Shown one piece after another: positions 33,429 to 43,275 of a stretch of DNA of 64,000 nucleotides (position 1 is its first letter; each line of letters begins with the position of its first letter). Made by a program: the position numbers and the translations under genes. The stretch is from positions 26,087-90,086 of the forward strand of contig CAZHYW010000003.1 of NCBI GenBank assembly GCA_964537115.1, in the 5' to 3' direction. The notes below the pieces were generated by a model that saw nothing but the letters and a program-made list of their open reading frames with translations, was not told where the DNA came from and made no database searches. The DNA comes from an uncultured Candidatus Saccharibacteria bacterium (GTDB taxonomy: Bacteria > Patescibacteriota > Saccharimonadia > Saccharimonadales > UBA4665).

Positions 33429-35605
33429 AGTTTCTCCAGGGGAGCGAATGCAATGTTCAGCTTTTTGGGGCCTTTACCTTGGAAATAGATGGTGGCGGTT
33501 TCGCCGTCTAGCTCCACAATCGTGCCTTGGCCGAACAGCTGGTGTTTCACACCGTCGCCAATTTCGAAATCGGGTACATAGCGCAGCTCGCCGTCATCTT
33601 TAGGAGGGGCCGGCGCTACATATTGGCCGTCATCATACCGTGCGCCATACGACGGCTGGCGAGCGGCAAAGCTCATGCCACTGCTCGTTTCCTGCGAATA
33701 GGCGGCGTCAATTTCGGCTAGGAACCGGCTGGGTATATTGTGCTGCACGCCGCCGTAAAGCATGCGGGCGGTAGCATAGATCATGTAGAGTTCTTCGCGG
33801 GCGCGAGTCATACCCACATAGCACAGCCGGCGCTCCTCCTCCATTTCGCTCTGGTCGTACAGCGCCCGGGTGTGCGGGAAAATGGTTTCTTCCATGCCAG
33901 TCATAAACACCACCGGGAACTCCAGACCCTTAGCCGCGTGCAGCGTCATGAGCGTGACGGCATTTCCGTTTAGATCGGCCGTGTCTAGATCGGTTATGAG
34001 CGCAATTTCTTCCAGGAAGCCGGCCAACCCCAGATCTTGATAGCTCTGCGCCACGCCCATCAGTTCACGCACGTTCTCCTGGCGGCTCTCGGCTTGCGGT
34101 GTATCATCGTCCAGATAGCTTAGGTAACCTACGCGGCGTACCAACGAATCAATCAGCGCCGCTGGCGGCACATCGTCGGCCAGTCCGCGCAGCACCGTGA
34201 ACATTTCGCCAAGCTCACTCAAACCTTTTTTAGCTTTACCGGTCACGCTGCCACAGTTGGCGGCTTGCTGTAGCCCTTCACTTAAGGCAAGCCCCAGGCC
34301 TTCGTACCACTCATAAAAGTTTTGCAAGCTCTTAGGACCAATACCGCGAGCCGGCACATTTACAATTCGCTCAAAGCTTATGCGATCTTCGGGCTGGTAG
34401 ATGAGTCGTAAGTACGCTACCAGGTCTTTAATTTCCTTGCGGTCATAAAAGCGCACGCCGCCGACTATCCGGTACGGTATGCCGTACTGTATAAACGTTT
34501 CTTCCACGCTACGGCTTTGGGCGTTGGTGCGGTACAACACGGCGTAGTCATGAAACTGGCGTGAGGTATCGACGCCCAATTTTATACGGCGAACAATCGC
34601 TTCAGCTTCGGCCCGCTCACTACCCACCTGCAGAATTTGCACCGGCAGGCCTTCGCCAGCAGCGGTCCATAGTTTTTTGTCACTACGCTGTTGATTGCGT
34701 GTAACCACGCCGTGCGCCGCGTTCAGAATATGCGAGGTGCTACGGTAGTTTTGCTCCAGTTTTATAACCGTACAGTCCGGGTAGTCACGTTCAAAGTTTA
34801 AAATGTTGCGGAAATCTGCCCCACGCCAGCTGTAAATGGACTGCCAGTCATCGCCCACTACTGCAATGTTGTTGGATGAGTTGGTGAGCAGTTTTACAAG
34901 CTTATACTGTGCTGCGTTGGTGTCTTGGTATTCATCAATCATGATGTACACAAATTGCTGTTGCCATTTGGCTCGTACGTCTGGCACGGTTTGCAGCAGA
35001 TGCACCGTACGAGCAATCAGGTCGTCGAAGTCTAGCGCGCCACTATCCTTGAGAATCCTTTGGTACAGCGGGTAGACTTCAGCAGCCGCGCGGGTAGCCG
35101 GACTGCCGCCTGCCCTGTCATAATCTTCCGGCGTAAGCAACTCGTTTTTCGCGCTGCTAATTAGTCCTGCAATAACCCGTGGCGGAAAGGCTTTGTCATC
35201 CAGCATGAGCTGCTTGCTAGCTTGTTTAACGGCGCTCAGACGATCGGCTTCATCAAAAATGACGTAGGAACGCGGTATACCAATGTGCTCGCCATCCATA
35301 CGCAGTATGCGTACGCAAATACTGTGGAACGTACCCATGTAGGGCATGAACCCCCGGTTGTCAGCGCTCTGGCCCAGCAGATGCGCCACTCGCTCGCGCA
35401 TTTCACGAGCCGCCTTGTTGGTGAAGGTTACGGCCAAAATGTTGTAAGCCGTGGCACGATGAGTGGCGATTAGGTAGGCAATGCGATGTGTGAGCGTCTT
35501 GGTTTTGCCACTGCCGGCGCCAGCCTGAATGAGCAACGGACCGTCAGTGGTTTCGACGGCCCGCTGCTGCTCCGGATTGAGACCTGTAAGTAGATCGAGT
35601 TGCAC
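33425..35605 (-). CDS. pcrA: ATP-dependent DNA helicase PcrA/UvrD
   Basis: AGAGSGKTKTLTHRIAYL, DEYQDTN and other SF1 motifs. 726 aa. Confidence 0.95.
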   Translation of the reverse strand: MQLDLLTGLNPEQQRAVETTDGPLLIQAGAGSGKTKTLTHRIAYLIATHRATAYNILAVTFTNKAAREMRERVAHLLGQSADNRGFMPYMGTFHSICVRILRMDGEHIGIPRSYVIFDEADRLSAVKQASKQLMLDDKAFPPRVIAGLISSAKNELLTPEDYDRAGGSPATRAAAEVYPLYQRILKDSGALDFDDLIARTVHLLQTVPDVRAKWQQQFVYIMIDEYQDTNAAQYKLVKLLTNSSNNIAVVGDDWQSIYSWRGADFRNILNFERDYPDCTVIKLEQNYRSTSHILNAAHGVVTRNQQRSDKKLWTAAGEGLPVQILQVGSERAEAEAIVRRIKLGVDTSRQFHDYAVLYRTNAQSRSVEETFIQYGIPYRIVGGVRFYDRKEIKDLVAYLRLIYQPEDRISFERIVNVPARGIGPKSLQNFYEWYEGLGLALSEGLQQAANCGSVTGKAKKGLSELGEMFTVLRGLADDVPPAALIDSLVRRVGYLSYLDDDTPQAESRQENVRELMGVAQSYQDLGLAGFLEEIALITDLDTADLNGNAVTLMTLHAAKGLEFPVVFMTGMEETIFPHTRALYDQSEMEEERRLCYVGMTRAREELYMIYATARMLYGGVQHNIPSRFLAEIDAAYSQETSSGMSFAARQPSYGARYDDGQYVAPAPPKDDGELRYVPDFEIGDGVKHQLFGQGTIVELDGETATIYFQGKGPKKLNIAFAPLEKL

Positions 35606-35675
35606 CCTGTTATCTTAACAAATTACGCCCGCAAAGGTTGTGGTAATTTGTGCTTCGCTAGCGTTCTTACCGCAC

Positions 35676-38600
35676 CTAGTAGAAGTAGCCGAGCAGGTTA
35701 AGCGTGACGTCCGTCGTGCCAGCGCTGTTGTAAACGTCAAACTGCTTGGCGCTACTCAGACCCTCAGTAAGTTCGTTAAAGGTAATCACTCCAGACGCGG
35801 TAGACAACGAGGTAGCAGTGGGCCTCGTAATGCCATCGGGGTAAGCAGTAAGTAGTGAGGCAGCCGTGCTAGATGGAGCGTTCAGCCCGCCAACAATTGC
35901 CTGAACCCCAGTGGGGAGCTGTGACAGACTAGCAAGTGGTACCGCCAATGTGCCAGCTGCGACAATGTGCTTACCGGCGTCAATGAGCCCGGAGTTAGCC
36001 CGTGTATCTACTACCATTTGGGGTGTAAGCGGCACATAGGCGAAGCCCGTGGCACTGGAGGAGTAATAGCCCACCACATCAACCACAAAGTCTATGGTGC
36101 TACTGCTATTGTTGTAGAGCGTAATCGCGCCGGCCGGGTTTGTGCCCAACTGAACTGTAGCTTCGCGAGTAGTGGCTGCCGTCGCGTGATTCATCACCGT
36201 AAACAATGGCTTGGTAGAGCCCGCAGCGTAGGCATTCACGGAGCCAGTAGCTTTAATGTTGACAGCGCTAATTTGTACGACCGCAGCCGTAGCTGTGGTG
36301 GGTACGCCACCTACACCGGTCACCTGAACATTTAGGCTGCCTTTGGCGGCCACAGTTTTGCCTGCGTTCGGTTTGCCAGAGTTAGCTCGTGTATCGGTAA
36401 TGCGAGCAGGGGTGAGTGGGGTGTATGTATTGCCCGTGCTAGAGTAGTAGCCCACTACGTCAAGTGCAACGTTCGTACTACCGGCCGAGTTGTAGACCGT
36501 TACTTGACCATTTGTGCCTAAGGCGACAGTCGTTTGGCTGTTGGCAGCCTTACCTGCCAGCGTGTTTACCGTAGAGCCAGCCGGACGTGCTTGACCGGTG
36601 GGATAGATGGTCTCAAAGCCCTTTACAGTGGCCGTTAGCTCGGTCAGGTTCACCACCACCGCCCCAACGCCGCTGCTAGGTACGCCGCCCACACCGGCGA
36701 CCTGGATCTTTAGAGTACCGCCGGCGGCAAGCGTTTTACCAGCATATGGCTGGCCCGATCCGGCAGTCGTGTCGGCCAACCGAGCTGGAGCTACCGGTGT
36801 AAAGGCATACGCCCTGGTAACTGTGCCGGTAGCAGTAGCGGTATTGCCGGCAAAGTCGGAGACATTCACGCTAATGGCATTTTGACCATAACCGAGCGAT
36901 CCAACTGGCACGGTAATTGAGAAATCTTGGGAGTTCGATGAGCCAGAAACAGTCTTTACTAAGCTACCGTTGTCGTACACAGCCACTCGAGCGACGCTGA
37001 AGTCATCTGTGGCATGTAGCGTTACAACTAGGTCAGATTTCGCAGCGCCCTGTTGCGCCCAGTTGAGCGTTAGGCCACTAACCGTTGGAGCTTTGGTGTC
37101 GGCGGGCATAAGTGGTACGGGCTGTGCTAGCAGCCATTCACCCCCGGTGTTGGGGTCGCCGGTCAGGTCGTTAAACAACGTAGTCCTTTTGCTAGCCACA
37201 TCTACACTGTTGATCTGGTAATGGCCGGCCACGTTAAAGGTGTAGAGCAGGCTGAGCCCATCGGCCGACCAAACAACTTTGGTGTTATATGAGCTGCTGT
37301 AGCCATAGGCAGAAACTTGGATTGGGGCGCTACCGTCGCTGTTGGCCACAAACACCGATCCTTTATATGCGTAGGCAACGCGTCCATCGTCGGGCGACCA
37401 GACAACCTGCGACATATCGGCCGAGCTGCTGCTGGTTACCACCGGTCCAAGCGTAATCTGATTGCTGCTGCAGGTCGTCGCTTTGGAGCTAATAGTATAG
37501 GTACACAGCGTGAGCGTGGGTGCTTTGTTGGAGCCGGCAGCACCGTCGTATACGGCATAGTAAGCCGCACTGTTATCTTGTGACCAATCCACACCAACCA
37601 CCTGAGCAGACTGGCTGTACAACGATGGGTTGGTCAGCCCCGTGGCATTAGAAACCGTATATAGAGTGCTGGCGCCAGTGGTGACATTTAGAGAACCTAG
37701 CTGGGAGGTGCTGACGTTATAGCTACTGCCACTATCCACAAACAGAACCTTTTGGCCCGACCCATCGGCTGCCGGTGTACGTGACCATGCCGTATGGGCA
37801 ATGTAAGTCGTGCCAGCCAGTGTGTATTGGTGAGGTTGCGTACCGGGATCACTGAGCCCGCCCACGGCAATCCCACCAGTAGCGAAGTTGGCCAGGTTAA
37901 CATACTGCTTCCCCGTCCAAGACAGCGAGTCCAGAGGCTCTATATTGCTATAGCCAGTTCCCACACCATCACTAGTAAGAACGTAGTTTCCATAATAGAT
38001 ATTGCCGTTAAAGTAAGCGCTTGGGCGAGCATCGGTGGGCTGCTTCGCCTGCCAGCCAATGGCAAAGCCTTGAGCGGCATCGATACGATGCTGACTGGTA
38101 CCGTCTGCCGCCATGATATACAGTCCAGCTACAGTTGGCGCGTTCACACCAATACCGTAGGCAATCAGCGAACCATCGGGCGACCAAGTGGCATCTGAGG
38201 CTTGTTCAATATTTGTAGCAGTAGCGGCATTTGGCACATTGGTTAGGTTTTTCAGCTGGCTACCGTCTACGTTCACCTCATAGACATCCAAAGCCTGACC
38301 GCCGCTGGCAGACTGACTGCTAATGCCCGTCAGCAACACTTTACTGCCATCGGGAGAAACCTGCGGATCTCTAAAGAAATAACCGTTCACCGGCTCTGTA
38401 AGCGCCACACAATTGTTCGTGTCTCCGGCCAAACTAACGATACATAAGCCTGCCTGGTCGGTGTAAACCAGATGCTGCGAGTCCGACAGCCACGACACGC
38501 CACCAAAACCATCGTACACCGACAACGACACGTTAGGAATCTGGTGGTAATTCGAACCATCTGGGTGCACCACGGCTATGGCTGTAGGGTAACCTGGATT

Positions 38601-39158
38601 GGTACTGTTCGGATCGGTAGCCACACCAAAGGCCAACCACTGACCATCCGGTGACCAAGCGATTCGGCTGCCGTTATCAAATGTTGCCACGCTGGATAGG
38701 ATAGTTTTCTGGTTGGAACCGTCGCTATCGGCCACTACCACATTGTGGCTGGTAATCAGACCGTTTGACACTACAGCCTGGAGCGCAGCGACCTGGCTGC
38801 CGCTTCGGGAGAACGCCCAGTCGTCACCGACTAACGGCTGCAGCGCGCTGCTGATAGGCCCTTTGCCTGTCCCATCAGCATTGATACTGAGACTGCCCTG
38901 ATAAAAAATCTTACCGTTGGTCGGCAATGTATCGGCCTGGCTAACGAACAGCAAGTAGGTGCCAATGCCACCAAACACCACGACCGCCAATGAGGCCAGC
39001 CATTTATTTAGGACAATCCTTGGACCACGGGAATGCAGGCCATCGCCCACTACCACGCGCGCTGGGTCCTGAGCCGTATGGTGCGCAGTAGGCACAGAGC
39101 GTGGGGCAGGCGAAGTGACGCTCGAATTGTCTATTCCGGGCTCGTTGGGTGTTTCCAT
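35676..39158 (-). CDS. Very large membrane-anchored surface protein with PD40/TolB-like beta-propeller repeats and three C-terminal repeat modules
   Basis: 1160 aa with an N-terminal TM. Recurring WSPDG-type blades (WSPDGQWLAFG, VSPDGSKVLL, WSPDGSLIAYG, WSADGLSLLY). Confidence 0.8.
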   Translation of the reverse strand: METPNEPGIDNSSVTSPAPRSVPTAHHTAQDPARVVVGDGLHSRGPRIVLNKWLASLAVVVFGGIGTYLLFVSQADTLPTNGKIFYQGSLSINADGTGKGPISSALQPLVGDDWAFSRSGSQVAALQAVVSNGLITSHNVVVADSDGSNQKTILSSVATFDNGSRIAWSPDGQWLAFGVATDPNSTNPGYPTAIAVVHPDGSNYHQIPNVSLSVYDGFGGVSWLSDSQHLVYTDQAGLCIVSLAGDTNNCVALTEPVNGYFFRDPQVSPDGSKVLLTGISSQSASGGQALDVYEVNVDGSQLKNLTNVPNAATATNIEQASDATWSPDGSLIAYGIGVNAPTVAGLYIMAADGTSQHRIDAAQGFAIGWQAKQPTDARPSAYFNGNIYYGNYVLTSDGVGTGYSNIEPLDSLSWTGKQYVNLANFATGGIAVGGLSDPGTQPHQYTLAGTTYIAHTAWSRTPAADGSGQKVLFVDSGSSYNVSTSQLGSLNVTTGASTLYTVSNATGLTNPSLYSQSAQVVGVDWSQDNSAAYYAVYDGAAGSNKAPTLTLCTYTISSKATTCSSNQITLGPVVTSSSSADMSQVVWSPDDGRVAYAYKGSVFVANSDGSAPIQVSAYGYSSSYNTKVVWSADGLSLLYTFNVAGHYQINSVDVASKRTTLFNDLTGDPNTGGEWLLAQPVPLMPADTKAPTVSGLTLNWAQQGAAKSDLVVTLHATDDFSVARVAVYDNGSLVKTVSGSSNSQDFSITVPVGSLGYGQNAISVNVSDFAGNTATATGTVTRAYAFTPVAPARLADTTAGSGQPYAGKTLAAGGTLKIQVAGVGGVPSSGVGAVVVNLTELTATVKGFETIYPTGQARPAGSTVNTLAGKAANSQTTVALGTNGQVTVYNSAGSTNVALDVVGYYSSTGNTYTPLTPARITDTRANSGKPNAGKTVAAKGSLNVQVTGVGGVPTTATAAVVQISAVNIKATGSVNAYAAGSTKPLFTVMNHATAATTREATVQLGTNPAGAITLYNNSSSTIDFVVDVVGYYSSSATGFAYVPLTPQMVVDTRANSGLIDAGKHIVAAGTLAVPLASLSQLPTGVQAIVGGLNAPSSTAASLLTAYPDGITRPTATSLSTASGVITFNELTEGLSSAKQFDVYNSAGTTDVTLNLLGYFY
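35679..36791 (-). repeat. Three tandem diverged coding repeats of about 125 aa within the large surface protein
   Basis: Each unit begins (Y/F)(T/V)P(L/V).P.r..DTR.(G/N)SG...AGK and ends VVGYYSS or LLGYFY. Coordinates are approximate. Confidence 0.6.
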
Positions 39159-39323
39159 TTTTCCTCTCTCGTTTATAAGCTTAAGCGCAGTATACTCGGT
39201 TACCTTTATGGCCGCAACCCAGGGGCCAGCTCAAGCTCTTAGGACAAAACCGCGCTTTACGATGAGAGAGAATGCGAACGGCACGACCGACTGTAGCGGA
39301 CCATATTGCTAAGCCGGGGTGCT

Positions 39324-40199
39324 CTAATTGGTAGCAGGAGTAGACAGGAAATGGGTGTGTGGGACACTGACCGGCAAGCTGACCAAACCAGCGTCGAGCG
39401 CCGCGTCTAGTAGTACAGCCGCCAGGGCTAGCGCCAGTAAACACAGGAGCAGAACGTGAAGGCGTGAGCGCTTGCGCTGCCGAGCGTTAATAGGCGCGTT
39501 GTACTTACGGCTAGCAACCAGCGCCTCCAGCTCCTGGTTGCGCGCTGTTTCGGCTTCGGCAGCAGCAATTTGCTCAGCAGTTAGCTCGGCTTCTTGGTCA
39601 CGTTTGACTTGGTCACTAGATTCTATTGCTGCACTCGGCGCGGTGGTGGCAGGCAGTGGCGTAGTCTCCGAGGGGTCGGTCGTCTCGGCGTTTTGTGCAG
39701 TAGTAGGCTCAGGCGGGGTTGCATCAGGGTTAGGCTTAGCTTTTGGCTCTTCTATTATCGCCACCGGCTCGGCTGCCGGTTTGGCAGTCAGCTCTGGAGT
39801 CTCGGGCGGCGCAGTCTCGGCAACTGCAGCTGAAGTATCTACTAAAGGCTGATCTGTCCCGGAGTTATCGATGATTTTAATAGCTGTTGATGTGTCACCG
39901 GCTGATTTGTCATTGGCAGACGCTAGGTCAGATGGCGTCAGTGGTTGCTCCGCAGCCTTTCTGGCAGCCGCAGCCGTAAGAGCGGTATCGAGGGGCTGAA
40001 TCGTTTTGGCGGTGCGTGTCATTGGCTGCAAAGCAGACTCCTTAGATCCCGTCGCGTCGGTTGCTACCATCATAGGGTCGCTAGCCAACACAGGACGGTT
40101 ACTAACTACTATGGGCCGACTGCTGGCAGAGGGTGTCGCTTTGCCAGGGCGCTTTACATCATCGATTTTACTGGCAGCTGATTTTTCTTTTTGGGGCAT
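39324..40199 (-). CDS. Low-complexity Ala/Pro/Thr-rich protein with a C-terminal TM anchor
   Basis: 291-aa ORF immediately downstream of tpiA. Confidence 0.5.
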   Translation of the reverse strand: MPQKEKSAASKIDDVKRPGKATPSASSRPIVVSNRPVLASDPMMVATDATGSKESALQPMTRTAKTIQPLDTALTAAAARKAAEQPLTPSDLASANDKSAGDTSTAIKIIDNSGTDQPLVDTSAAVAETAPPETPELTAKPAAEPVAIIEEPKAKPNPDATPPEPTTAQNAETTDPSETTPLPATTAPSAAIESSDQVKRDQEAELTAEQIAAAEAETARNQELEALVASRKYNAPINARQRKRSRLHVLLLCLLALALAAVLLDAALDAGLVSLPVSVPHTHFLSTPATN

Positions 40200-40202
40200 A
40201 TG

Positions 40203-40991
40203 CTATCCAACCTTCAAATGCACTTGGTATGCCGCATCAACTATAGCGGCAAACTGGTGGTAATTTAGACTCGCAGCGCCCACCAACGCCCCATCTACGC
40301 CCGGTACCTCTAGGTAGCTACGCACATCATGTTCATTGACACTACCTCCATACAGAATACGTACGTTTTCGGCCGCTCGTTCACCGTACAACTCGCGAAT
40401 TTGCATGCGCATATGGGTTATTTCTTTCTCTACAGCGTCGGGCCTAGCTATAATGCCATCGAATGTACTTATGGCCCAGACTGGCTCATACACTAACACA
40501 ACATTGTCGAGGTCGCGGCTGGTTATATTCATAAGTGCTGTAGTGAGCTGGTCATGCACTACTCGCCGGCCCTCGCCAGCATCGCGTTCCTGCTTGGTTT
40601 CGCCAATACACACAATAGGCACTATGTCGTTGCGCACAGCCGCTTCCACTTTGTCGCGTACCATGTCGTAGGTTTCGCCAAAATAAATTCGCCGGGCTGA
40701 ATGCCCCACAATGGCATACTGCACAACATGCCCCAGCATAGCGAAGCTAACTTCACCAGTGTAAGCGCCTTCATCCTTGGGGTATGCGTTTTGCGCGCAG
40801 AGTTTAAATTTGCGGTGGTCCAGCTCGAGCGCCAAGGGCTGCAGGCTGAGCATGCTGGGCGCTAGCACCACCTCAATTTCGCGGTGAACCTTTATGCGTT
40901 CGTTCAAACGGTGCGCGAGTAGGCTCGACTGGTGTACGTTAAGGTGCATTTTCCAGTTGCCAACGATAAGAGTTTTTTTATCTAAATGCAT
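40203..40991 (-). CDS. tpiA: Triose-phosphate isomerase
   Basis: VGNWKMH, VGHSARR (HSERR-type), IVCIGE and GGSV motifs. Confidence 0.93.
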   Translation of the reverse strand: MHLDKKTLIVGNWKMHLNVHQSSLLAHRLNERIKVHREIEVVLAPSMLSLQPLALELDHRKFKLCAQNAYPKDEGAYTGEVSFAMLGHVVQYAIVGHSARRIYFGETYDMVRDKVEAAVRNDIVPIVCIGETKQERDAGEGRRVVHDQLTTALMNITSRDLDNVVLVYEPVWAISTFDGIIARPDAVEKEITHMRMQIRELYGERAAENVRILYGGSVNEHDVRSYLEVPGVDGALVGAASLNYHQFAAIVDAAYQVHLKVG

Positions 40992-41013
40992 AGTGCTTAT
41001 AGTTTATTGTACA

Positions 41014-42306
41014 TCATTTATCTTCGAGTGCTTCGACGCCTGGGAGCTTACGACCACTCATGAGCTCCAACGAAGCCCCGCCGCCAGTAGATACGTGGTT
41101 GAAGGCCTGCAACAAACCACGACTTTCTATGTACCCGACCGTGTCGCCCCCACCCACCAGACTAAAGGGTCGATTGCCAAATTGGCCGGTCATAGCCTCC
41201 ACTAGTAGCTCGGTACCATGCGCAAATGGTCCCACCGGCCCCTGCAGGCCAACTGTTTCGGTCACACCTAGAGCGCCGTTCCACACTACCGTACCCGCCA
41301 GCTGCAACGACCCGGCTATAAAAGCGCCACTAAAGGGCCCTATGTCGAGTATCATCTCATTTTCGTCTACCATGCCGCTAGCTTTGAGCGGTCGTTTTGG
41401 GTAGTTCTCTATGTCGGCAATGACGTGCGCGCTCCAGTCCACAATACGTGTCTTGGCCGCTTTGTCGACTTTGTGCGCTACTACGCCGTCTTGCGGCAAG
41501 TAGAACACAAATTTGCCGTTTTTGGCCTTGTCTTTGGCTAGCTCCAAAATTTGCTTGGCAAGTGGCACATCATCGGCCTCGGTCATGCTTTTGCCAATTT
41601 TGAGTCCCGTGGCCTGCAAAAATGTATTGGCCATGGCGCCGCCAATAGCTACCACGTCAGCTATATCTATAAAGCGCTTTATAACTTCAATCTTGTCGGC
41701 AATCTTGGCGCCACCGACTACTGCCACCAGCGGTTTAACCGGATGCTCCATGACCTTAGTAATCGTATCGACTTCTTTTTCCAGTAACAGACCGGCAGCG
41801 CTAGGCATGTACTTCGGAAGCTCCGAAACGGAGACAGCACCGTGGTGTACCACGCCAAAAGCATCCTGGACAAATATGTCCGCCAACGAGGCTAGCTCAC
41901 GTGCAAAGCCTTCATCGTTGTCTTCTTCTTCCGGGTGAAAACGCACGTTTTCTAGTAGCAGCACCTGGCCCGGTTGTAATTGTTCCGCCGCCTTTTTTAC
42001 ACGGTCACCCACACAGTCAGGTACAAATTGCACGTCCTGACCGAGTAGCTCCTGCAGCCGCTTTGCTACTGGGAATAAGCTAAATTTGGGGTCAACCTTA
42101 CCCTCGGGCCGACCCAAGTGAGAGCAAACGATGACAGAGGCCCCATGCCCAAGCAAATACCGCACGGTAGGCAGACTTTGCTCAATACGGTAGTCGTCGG
42201 CAACCTCGCCCTTGTCGTTAATAGGTACGTTGTAATCAGCTCTAAGAAGCACGCGCCTGCCGTTCAGGTCAATATCGCGAATTGTTTTTTTGGTAAAGCT
42301 CATCAA
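41014..42306 (-). CDS. pgk: Phosphoglycerate kinase
   Basis: RADYNVP, SHLGRP and GGGDT-type motifs. 430 aa. Confidence 0.95.
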   Translation of the reverse strand: MMSFTKKTIRDIDLNGRRVLLRADYNVPINDKGEVADDYRIEQSLPTVRYLLGHGASVIVCSHLGRPEGKVDPKFSLFPVAKRLQELLGQDVQFVPDCVGDRVKKAAEQLQPGQVLLLENVRFHPEEEDNDEGFARELASLADIFVQDAFGVVHHGAVSVSELPKYMPSAAGLLLEKEVDTITKVMEHPVKPLVAVVGGAKIADKIEVIKRFIDIADVVAIGGAMANTFLQATGLKIGKSMTEADDVPLAKQILELAKDKAKNGKFVFYLPQDGVVAHKVDKAAKTRIVDWSAHVIADIENYPKRPLKASGMVDENEMILDIGPFSGAFIAGSLQLAGTVVWNGALGVTETVGLQGPVGPFAHGTELLVEAMTGQFGNRPFSLVGGGDTVGYIESRGLLQAFNHVSTGGGASLELMSGRKLPGVEALEDK

Positions 42307-42389
42307 CTCCCACCCGCTTATGTTTAACCATACAGTAGCACATCTAGTGGAGCGAAGCTACACTGGCTGCGACTTGGTATAATGGCGAC

Positions 42390-43268
42390 ATGAATTGCAA
42401 GCCGTTCTTGGTCGCCCACGCCCGCAAACTTGACCTCCGTCTGTATGAGCATTTGTTCGAGAAAGCCAGTGCGCAACCAGTCTTAGACGAGTTAGTTACA
42501 TACCAAAATGCCGACGGTGGCTTTGGGCATAGCCTGGAGCTGGACTTGGGGCTGCCCGATTCGTCAGTTCTGGCGACGACCATCGCCTTTCAGTACATAT
42601 TGCAGATTGGCGTAGACACCAAAGAGACGACTAGCAAGGCGATTGCATATTTACTGCAGGCGTACGATAAAAGTCGTCATGGATGGGTAAACATACCGCC
42701 AGCTGCCAACGATTATCCCCGCGCACCATGGTGGAACTATCCGGAAGTATTATCGTGGGCGGATTGGGGCAATCCTTCCGCTGAGATACTAGGCTACCTG
42801 CTGCGCTACGCCGATGAGGCCAGCAATCATGACTTACTGGCAGAGATTACCGAGCAGGCCATAAACCGATTGCACGCCATCGATGAGCCCGAGCCGCACG
42901 AAATCAAATGTTATGCACGGCTATACAAACAAGCAAACCCACCCTTACAGGCTCGGCTATATGACCAGTTAGCGAGGTGTATTCGCCAAGCGGCCAAGAC
43001 AAGCCCAAAGGACTGGCAAGGCTACATCGCCACACCCTTAACCTTTATTGATGCGCCGGATGACCCCTTTGCAGATCTATTTAGCAAAGACTTACTACTA
43101 GAAAACGCCCATTACATACGTGGCCAGCTGTTGGACGGTGACCACTGGGAACCAAATTGGGAGTGGGGACAGTTTGAGGCCGACTGGGCCAAGGCTAAGT
43201 GGGCATGGAGCGGCAAGCTGACGGTCGACAACCTAAAGCTGTTGCATTCATTTGGTGTTACCAGCTAA
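42390..43268 (+). CDS. Hypothetical protein, possibly alpha/alpha-toroid (prenyltransferase/terpene-cyclase-like repeat)
   Basis: QNADGGFGHS resembles the Q..DGG(W/F)G repeat. Otherwise unrecognised. Confidence 0.45.
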   Translation: MNCKPFLVAHARKLDLRLYEHLFEKASAQPVLDELVTYQNADGGFGHSLELDLGLPDSSVLATTIAFQYILQIGVDTKETTSKAIAYLLQAYDKSRHGWVNIPPAANDYPRAPWWNYPEVLSWADWGNPSAEILGYLLRYADEASNHDLLAEITEQAINRLHAIDEPEPHEIKCYARLYKQANPPLQARLYDQLARCIRQAAKTSPKDWQGYIATPLTFIDAPDDPFADLFSKDLLLENAHYIRGQLLDGDHWEPNWEWGQFEADWAKAKWAWSGKLTVDNLKLLHSFGVTS

Positions 43269-43275
43269 AGAGGCG

